Part shown: one piece after another, positions 58,490 to 64,000 of the stretch | How the letters are laid out: each line of letters starts with the position of its first letter | Numbering within the stretch: position 1 is the first letter of the stretch | Virus record (IMG/VR): IMGVR_UViG_3300021365_000003 | From: a virus | Length of the DNA stretch: 64,000 bases | Strand: one strand, 5' to 3' | Program-made: the position numbers and the translations under genes | Notes under the pieces: generated by a model | Database searches by the model: none | The model's input: only the letters and a program-made list of their open reading frames with translations | What the model was told of the DNA's origin: nothing

Positions 58490-59325
58490 CAGGACTAGGA
58501 ACAGTAACAAACATGGTTGGAGTTATTCCTTCTTTTGACCGACGCATTGACTTTGGTTTTGAATGGGATGATTGCCTAACACCATTAGAACACGACTATA
58601 CCCTTCTAGAAAGGTCGGTAATGGAGTGCGCAACTGTTGGATGTTCCAGTATTTGGATTTGTTGCGACCCTCACATGATTCCTCTAACAAAAGAAAGGAT
58701 AGGGGAGGTCGCATTAGACCCAGTTTGGGCAAGGCGGCCTTTTGAGAAAGAAGGATGGAAACTCAAAAGATATATTCCAATTTTTTATGTGCCTATAAAC
58801 TCAATGCACATAAACAAAATGGAGAGTGTTGCTTGGCAAATCATTTGGGCAGCACATTCATCTTATTATGTATCAAAGTTTATCTCAAAATGGACAACAT
58901 ACGATAAAGTTTATGTTTCTTCTCCTTTTGGGGTGTATGACTTTGAGGTCCTAAGAGAAAAGCGAGAGATCATCCGAAAAAACAATGTCTTTTTACAATA
59001 CGACAACAAAGACGCAACACACGACATACCGCTTGGTTTTTGTTTTACCGCAGAAGATTTTATCGAGTCCCGAAGAAACCTTCGTCGGCTTTTTACCGAA
59101 AAAGGCAAAGAAATATACGAAGAAGGAACAAAATGGGTCTTTGATAACATAAAAAACAAAGATTACGAGCTAATTACTATAGAGGAGTTTTATCCCCTAA
59201 GAACATTCCAAGATCTAAGAAACTATTATGGGTCCAGCCTAGCTTTTGATTATAAAAAGAAGAACTGGCTCGTACCAAAAGTTTGGTTTGACCGAACAAG
59301 CACAAAGGAGAATAAAAATGAATAA
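58486..59325 (+). CDS. Degenerate nucleotidyltransferase/GT-A-like protein
   Basis: VGVIP..CLTPL..LLERSVMECATVGCSSIWI resembles the NTP_transferase N-terminal layout. Confidence 0.45.
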   Translation: MTGLGTVTNMVGVIPSFDRRIDFGFEWDDCLTPLEHDYTLLERSVMECATVGCSSIWICCDPHMIPLTKERIGEVALDPVWARRPFEKEGWKLKRYIPIFYVPINSMHINKMESVAWQIIWAAHSSYYVSKFISKWTTYDKVYVSSPFGVYDFEVLREKREIIRKNNVFLQYDNKDATHDIPLGFCFTAEDFIESRRNLRRLFTEKGKEIYEEGTKWVFDNIKNKDYELITIEEFYPLRTFQDLRNYYGSSLAFDYKKKNWLVPKVWFDRTSTKENKNE

Positions 59326-59617
59326 GTTATTTGCTTTACTTTTAGCAACGTTGTTTATGACGAGTTGCGAAATCTATACTAACCAAGTTTACATGAGAGA
59401 TCCAGTAGTCCCACATTATTCTTTTGATACGTGGTATGGGCCTGATTGCTATAACTCAGATCTTCAACATACAACGGGCTATGACTCACACGTTTGTAAG
59501 TGGCACTGCGCATCTTATGATGGCCAGTATAGAGTAAGCTTAGAGATTCGCTTTGAAGAGCAATACAATAACGAGTGGCGAATCAGAGAATACGTAAGTC
59601 CACATAACTGCTATTAG
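59318..59617 (+). CDS. Putative lipoprotein
   Basis: MNKLFALLLATLFMTS-C lipobox-like; AAGGAG RBS. Confidence 0.6.
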   Translation: MNKLFALLLATLFMTSCEIYTNQVYMRDPVVPHYSFDTWYGPDCYNSDLQHTTGYDSHVCKWHCASYDGQYRVSLEIRFEEQYNNEWRIREYVSPHNCY

Positions 59618-59637
59618 CATATCCGGTATATCAGAAA

Positions 59638-60072
59638 ATGGCTATTGAAAGAACAAATCCAATCCACGCTAAAATGTTTATTTACATTAGTCACATTCTT
59701 CCGCATATCAACGCTGGAAGGATTTGGATTTGTAGCACTACCCTTGCCTTGGTCCGAGCCGACGGAGAGGGCTGGTATGCCTATCAGGACCTTGCAAGAC
59801 TAGCTGAAGAGTTTAGTCAAGGCAAAAAGAATGGAAAACAAGTAAAACAAGTGATTGATGACTTTGCTGAGGGTAAATGGAATACCAAGCTAAAAAAAGA
59901 AGCAAAGATTCTTTATACGAAGCTAGCCGAAAAAGCAAACAACAAGCTTCAAGACGCAACTTATTTTGTTTACGGAAGCTTTCCACCTGACAACAAAGCA
60001 CAACTAAGCACAGAGAATGCTAACTTTGTATTAGGGTTGGCGCTTCGAAAACTAGACGAACTGAAAAAATAA
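59638..60072 (+). CDS. Hypothetical protein
   Basis: 144-aa ORF coupled (TAATG) to the MTase fragment. Confidence 0.55.
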   Translation: MAIERTNPIHAKMFIYISHILPHINAGRIWICSTTLALVRADGEGWYAYQDLARLAEEFSQGKKNGKQVKQVIDDFAEGKWNTKLKKEAKILYTKLAEKANNKLQDATYFVYGSFPPDNKAQLSTENANFVLGLALRKLDELKK

Positions 60073-60452
60073 TGATCAAGACAGAAGATCGAATAAAAAA
60101 GAACGGAGAGGTCTTCACACCTGACTGGCTAGTAAAAGAAATGTTAGGCAAGCTTCCAGAAGATGCTTGGGAACCAGATAAAACATTCTTAGAGCCAGCA
60201 GGAGGCGACGGAAACTTTGTAGAGGCTATTATCAAAGAGAAAGTGTCACGAGGCCACGATCCGCACAAAGCACTACAAACCACATACGCAGTCGAACTAA
60301 TGGAAGACAACGTTATAAAAATGAAGTGGCGAGCAATCTTAGCAGCAGGTCTAAACGTTGATGATGAGGCGGCTAGGGAGATTGTAGACAGAAACATTCG
60401 ACAAGGCAATTTCTTAGAGATTGATGATTTTGTTGAGTTTTTCAATGTTTGA
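60072..60452 (+). CDS. N6-adenine DNA methyltransferase, SAM-binding half (motifs X, I-III)
   Basis: GEVFTP, FLEPAGGDGNF, YAVEL, NIRQGNFL. Confidence 0.8.
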   Translation: MIKTEDRIKKNGEVFTPDWLVKEMLGKLPEDAWEPDKTFLEPAGGDGNFVEAIIKEKVSRGHDPHKALQTTYAVELMEDNVIKMKWRAILAAGLNVDDEAAREIVDRNIRQGNFLEIDDFVEFFNV

Positions 60453-61338
60453 CGTTATAGTTGGAAATCCACCTTATCAAGAAAAGAAAGCCGAGAACAA
60501 AACCTCAAAAAAGATCTGGGATAAGTTTGTTGATAGAACATTAGATCTCCTAAATAAAGAAGCTTATCTTTGCTTAGTCCATCCGGCTGGTTGGCGCAAC
60601 TATGGAGGACGATGGAAAAAACTAGCCAACAAGATGTTAGAAAGAAAGTTTTTATATTTAGATATCAACGATGTAAAGGCCGGCATCGCAACTTTCGACG
60701 TTCAGACAAGATATGACTGGTATGTCCTCCAAAACAAAGAAGCCGGCGGCGAGACACTGATCAAAGATCAAAACAACAAGGTATATACCTACGATATATC
60801 AAACTTAGATTTCATTCCCAGTGGTAAGTTTGAGGAGATCTTCAAACTAGTAGCCACCGAGCAGCAAGATACTGTAGAAATGATATATGATTCATCTTAC
60901 CACAGTCAGCGTGAATGGATGAACAAAGAAAAGACATCAACGTTTGTTTACCCTTGTATAATAAACGTTGCCAAAGAAGATAAACTATCATTATGGTGGT
61001 CGAAGCGCAAGAAAGGCCACTTTGGGGAAAAGAAAGTTATCTTCGGTAAACGAGGCGCCAATGTTCTTGTCGACGCCAAAGGAGAATACGGCCTTTGCGA
61101 AGATGGTAGAGCAATTATTGATAAAGAATTAGCACTACCACTGGTCAAACAAGCAATGCAAAGCAAGAAGTTTGTTGAGCTAATGAAGTTTTGTGATGTT
61201 GGTGGTTTAAAAGTTACATACAACCATAGAGTTATCGCTTTGTTTCGAAAAGACTTTTGGAAAGAATTTATCGATGACAATGCTTTGTATCTGTATTACG
61301 CCCAGCAGAACGATGTCCTCGGAACGCTTGACTTCTGA
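60445..61338 (+). CDS. N6-adenine DNA methyltransferase, catalytic half + TRD (Eco57I-like)
   Basis: Begins FDVIVGNPPY; LCLVHPAGW. Confidence 0.8.
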   Translation: MFDVIVGNPPYQEKKAENKTSKKIWDKFVDRTLDLLNKEAYLCLVHPAGWRNYGGRWKKLANKMLERKFLYLDINDVKAGIATFDVQTRYDWYVLQNKEAGGETLIKDQNNKVYTYDISNLDFIPSGKFEEIFKLVATEQQDTVEMIYDSSYHSQREWMNKEKTSTFVYPCIINVAKEDKLSLWWSKRKKGHFGEKKVIFGKRGANVLVDAKGEYGLCEDGRAIIDKELALPLVKQAMQSKKFVELMKFCDVGGLKVTYNHRVIALFRKDFWKEFIDDNALYLYYAQQNDVLGTLDF

Positions 61339-61356
61339 CCCTGGCCGTGGTACAAT
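61328..61356 (+). promoter_or_regulatory. Sigma70-type promoter TTGACT-N17-TACAAT (extended -10)
   Basis: 17-bp spacer; TGn before the -10. Confidence 0.7.
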
Positions 61357-61386
61357 ACGGCTCTGGCGTGAAAAAACGTAAATAAA

Positions 61387-61423
61387 TGTGGATAAGATCC
61401 TCGGCTCGTTCGTCTAATAGATG
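61387..61423 (+). repeat. Dispersed element copy B (TGTGGATAAGATCCTCGGCTCGTTCGTCTAATAGATG)
   Basis: Identical over 37 bp to 63123..63159. Confidence 0.92.
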
Positions 61424-61481
61424 AGCCCGCCGATTCTGGTGGCTCACTAGCTTACCCACCGCCCCGCCGACACCGGCCAAT

Positions 61482-61531
61482 CGAAAAAAACGCACGTGAG
61501 TGTGGATAAGATCCTCGGCTCGTTCGTCTAA
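61482..61531 (+). repeat. Dispersed element copy C
   Basis: About 50-bp match to 63105..63153 (A-run differs by one base). Confidence 0.92.
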
Positions 61532-61571
61532 CAAATACACCGGCCTTAGCGCCCAAACCAAAGGAGAGAAA

Positions 61572-62150
61572 GTGTCATTGACAAATAATCAAAAAGAGAG
61601 AATCAAGGAGAACTGGACGTCCTATGTTGATGAAGCTTATAAAGGGATGCTAAAAGAGAACGACACAAGAGAACTAGGGAAGTTTCTAGCACAAGCTAAT
61701 GAATATTTTCAAAGAGATTGGATTAATTTTAATACAAGCTTACATGTTACTGCAGAGACTCTAGGAAACGACAATGATAAGAACCGGTCAGGGTATGATC
61801 TACTTTCTTTAAATAAATTAAGAATTCAAAGTAAATTTCGCTCCAGCACACTTCACTTAGAGTGCACCAGAAGGATCAGCAAGAAAAACACAGGGTCAGC
61901 TTCCGCTAGTGGGCATGTAGCCTATGGTGTTGATGAGGCAGATGTATTTGTGTTCACTCGCCCCCATGGTAATTATGAAGATCCTGAAAATGCAGAGATA
62001 TTAGCGATTCCAGCTAAAGCACTAGAAGACCCAAAACACCCTGGCTTCTTGAAGAGAAGTGTTCCGAAGAAAGTTTATAAAGATTATATCGGGAAAGCTA
62101 AAGAGGTTCTAGAAGAGTTAGAACGGGAGAAGCAGAATGAAAGAAAATAG
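61572..62150 (+). CDS. Putative PD-(D/E)xK restriction endonuclease
   Basis: GYDLL..IQSK motif, DVFVF; AAGGAG RBS with GTG start; overlaps the MTase start. Confidence 0.6.
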   Translation: MSLTNNQKERIKENWTSYVDEAYKGMLKENDTRELGKFLAQANEYFQRDWINFNTSLHVTAETLGNDNDKNRSGYDLLSLNKLRIQSKFRSSTLHLECTRRISKKNTGSASASGHVAYGVDEADVFVFTRPHGNYEDPENAEILAIPAKALEDPKHPGFLKRSVPKKVYKDYIGKAKEVLEELEREKQNERK

Positions 62151-63102
62151 TTTTTTTGTAGGAGATTGCCTAGAAGCGATGAAGGGGCTAGAAGAAGAAA
62201 GTATTAGTATGGTCTATCTAGATCCTCCTTACAATACCGGTAGGAACTTTGGAGAGTTTGATGACAAGTTTGGATCTATGGCAGAGTATGCACAGGGGTT
62301 TTTAGCGCCAAGAATCAAAGAATGCCACAGGATCTTAAAGAAAGATGGCAACATTATTGTTCACGTAGAACCAAAAAACAGCCACTATGTTCGTCTTGTT
62401 CTGGATGATGTTTTTGGTCAGAAACTATTCCGAAACGAAATAGCCTGGAAAAGTGGCGGAAATGCAAAAAACAAAAAGCAACTAGGAAGATATCACGATA
62501 CAATAATCGTTTATTCGAAATCTAAAAAATCTATTTATAATCCCCTATATCTTCCGTATGATGAAAAATACAAGAAAAGGTCATCCGCAAAGAGATGTGA
62601 AAAAACAGGACGTTGGTTCGTTACGACAGCAATACATAATTCACAACCAGATGTAAACCCGAGAAAGAATTTGAGATATTCTTGGAATGGGCATCATAAG
62701 CAGTGGTATGTGTTAGAAGAGAAAATGAAACACCTTCATCATAATGAAAGGTTGGTTTACAATGCTAAGGGTATACCTAGAATCAAAAGATACTTGGATG
62801 AGATGGACGGGATCCCAATAAAAGACTTGTGGTTAGACATTCCTCAAATACAAGGCAATGAGAAACTAGACTATCCAACACAAAAGCCCGTTAAACTATT
62901 AGAAAGGATTATCTATCTTTACAGCAATGAGGGAGACAGCGTGCTAGACCCCTTTGGAGGGTCAGGCACAACTGCCCGAGCCGCTTTAAACTTGGGTCGA
63001 CAATATATGGTAATCGACGTCAACGAAAAAGCAAAAGAAGTTTTTCTAGAAAGTTTAGAACCACAACAAACAAAGAGGAAAAATGAGCTATGCAGCCAGT
63101 AG
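62137..63102 (+). CDS. Beta-class N4-C/N6-A DNA methyltransferase
   Basis: GDCL, YLDPPY, NEIAW, YPTQKP, VLDPFGGSGTT. Confidence 0.92.
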   Translation: MKENSFFVGDCLEAMKGLEEESISMVYLDPPYNTGRNFGEFDDKFGSMAEYAQGFLAPRIKECHRILKKDGNIIVHVEPKNSHYVRLVLDDVFGQKLFRNEIAWKSGGNAKNKKQLGRYHDTIIVYSKSKKSIYNPLYLPYDEKYKKRSSAKRCEKTGRWFVTTAIHNSQPDVNPRKNLRYSWNGHHKQWYVLEEKMKHLHHNERLVYNAKGIPRIKRYLDEMDGIPIKDLWLDIPQIQGNEKLDYPTQKPVKLLERIIYLYSNEGDSVLDPFGGSGTTARAALNLGRQYMVIDVNEKAKEVFLESLEPQQTKRKNELCSQ

Positions 63103-63104
63103 TC

Positions 63105-63159
63105 CGAAAAAACGCACGTGAGTGTGGATAAGATCCTCGGCTCGTTCGTCTAATAGATG
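63105..63159 (+). repeat. Dispersed element copy D, directly upstream of tRNA-Thr
   Basis: Shares its 5' part with copy C and its 3' part with copy B. Confidence 0.92.
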
Positions 63160-63169
63160 GACCCGGAAC

Positions 63170-63241
63170 GCCGCCGTAGCTCAACGGCAGAGCAACGCAC
63201 TTGTAATGCGTAGGCTATCGGTTCAAATCCGATCGGCGGCT
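63170..63241 (+). tRNA. tRNA-Thr(TGT), CCA not encoded
   Basis: Acceptor GCCGCCG/CGGCGGC, D arm GCTC/GAGC, anticodon arm ACGCA-CTTGTAA-TGCGT, T arm ATCGG-TTCAAAT-CCGAT. Confidence 0.95.
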
Positions 63242-63258
63242 TTAGATAAGGAGGAGTG

Positions 63259-63498
63259 ATGGCAGAACTAAATGATAGAACGGTGCGTGAATCAAGCTTG
63301 AATACACTTCGAAAGATGATGGACGCACCAAGAAAGAAGACAGAAAGAAAGAAGAATCTAAACAAACTGATTTCTGTTTTGATTAAAGAACTTAAACAAG
63401 ACTTGGCAGAAGATGAAGAAATGAAGCTTTATTTTGCCTTGTCGAGAGCCCCAATCACAGAGATTAAGAAAACTCTCGTGTCTGGCGAAATTACATAA
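63259..63498 (+). CDS. Hypothetical protein
   Basis: AAGGAGGAG RBS before ATG 63259. Confidence 0.6.
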   Translation: MAELNDRTVRESSLNTLRKMMDAPRKKTERKKNLNKLISVLIKELKQDLAEDEEMKLYFALSRAPITEIKKTLVSGEIT

Positions 63499-63509
63499 AA
63501 AGGAGAAGA

Positions 63510-64000
63510 ATGAAAGAAAGAACTGAATCAAAACTTAAATTTGTAAACTTACATGGGCACTCTTGTGTTGGATCTCCTTTTGACGCTCTAGGCTATCCGG
63601 ATGAGCACATGGACTTCAGCTACAACAATGGGTGTGATGCTGTTGCTCTAACCGATCATGGAAACATGAACGGCTTTTCTCATCAATACCTTCATTGGAA
63701 GAAGATGAAGAACGAAGGAAAAGAGTTTAAGGCCGTGTATGGGGTTGAGGCTTACTTCCATCCTTCGATCAAAGATTGGAAAGAAGAAAAGCTTCGTATC
63801 GAAGAAGACAAGAAGCAAGCAAAGAAGCTGGCCAAGGCTGAAGGAATGTCTATTGAGGATGAGGGATCGACTCGTTCAAGAAACTCTCCAATCAATCACC
63901 GACGTCACCTTGTGCTCTTGGCGCAGAACCAGACCGGTCTAAACAATCTTTTCTCGCTTGTCTCTAAGTCACACCAAGGGGACAACTATTATCGATATCC
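63510..64000 (+). CDS. dnaE: DNA polymerase III alpha subunit, N-terminal PHP domain (3'-truncated by the window)
   Basis: Translated by eye: FVNLHGHS..DALG..AVALTDHGNMNG..YGVEAYF..HLVLLAQNQTGLNNLFSLVS; AAGGAG RBS. Confidence 0.9.
   Translation, partial: MKERTESKLKFVNLHGHSCVGSPFDALGYPDEHMDFSYNNGCDAVALTDHGNMNGFSHQYLHWKKMKNEGKEFKAVYGVEAYFHPSIKDWKEEKLRIEEDKKQAKKLAKAEGMSIEDEGSTRSRNSPINHRRHLVLLAQNQTGLNNLFSLVSKSHQGDNYYRY

Noticed and set aside
61500-61571. N-terminal extension of the nuclease ORF from GTG 61500
   Set aside because: Lies within repeat copy C; the AAGGAG RBS supports GTG 61572
61387-63159. Repeat copies B, C, D as a CRISPR mini-array
   Set aside because: Irregular spacing (about 0.1 kb and 1.6 kb), whole genes between copies, no cas genes in the window
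63150-63365. Minus-strand 71-aa ORF
   Set aside because: Overlaps the tRNA antisense (PPIGFEP is the typical tRNA shadow)
63739-63942. 67-aa ORF in the track
   Set aside because: Out-of-frame inside the truncated dnaE gene starting at 63510
1-64000. Genome-wide stop-codon reassignment
   Set aside because: Dense full-length genes under the standard code; TAA, TAG and TGA all terminate recognisable genes

Overview
64-kb segment of a large T4-superfamily-like myovirus genome. Essentially all real genes are on the + strand. It contains: baseplate/tail-associated structural genes (1-11.9 kb); a sigma70-driven RuvC/primase/fused Mre11-Rad50 block; a probable lysis pair; a late nucleotidyltransferase+NUDIX cluster; the head-neck-tail module (terminase, portal, gp21 protease, bS21, scaffold, gp23 capsid, gp13/14/15, sheath, tube, chaperone with a probable +1 frameshift, tape measure, baseplate); and a replication/nucleotide block (short PolA-family polymerase, degenerate tubulin/FtsZ-like protein, gp32-like SSB, RecA, deaminase, 5'-3' exonuclease, helicase, class II RNR, GroES-like, ThyX, DNA methyltransferases, a putative R-M cassette, tRNA-Thr and the start of a DnaE polymerase). 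Three regulatory signal classes are readable: sigma70 promoters, a late motif ACTATTTA(T) in 9 intergenic gaps, and a 4-copy element GTGGATAA-N16-GTCTAA that contains a DnaA box and brackets the R-M cassette. All product calls come from motif recognition by eye; no database search was run.
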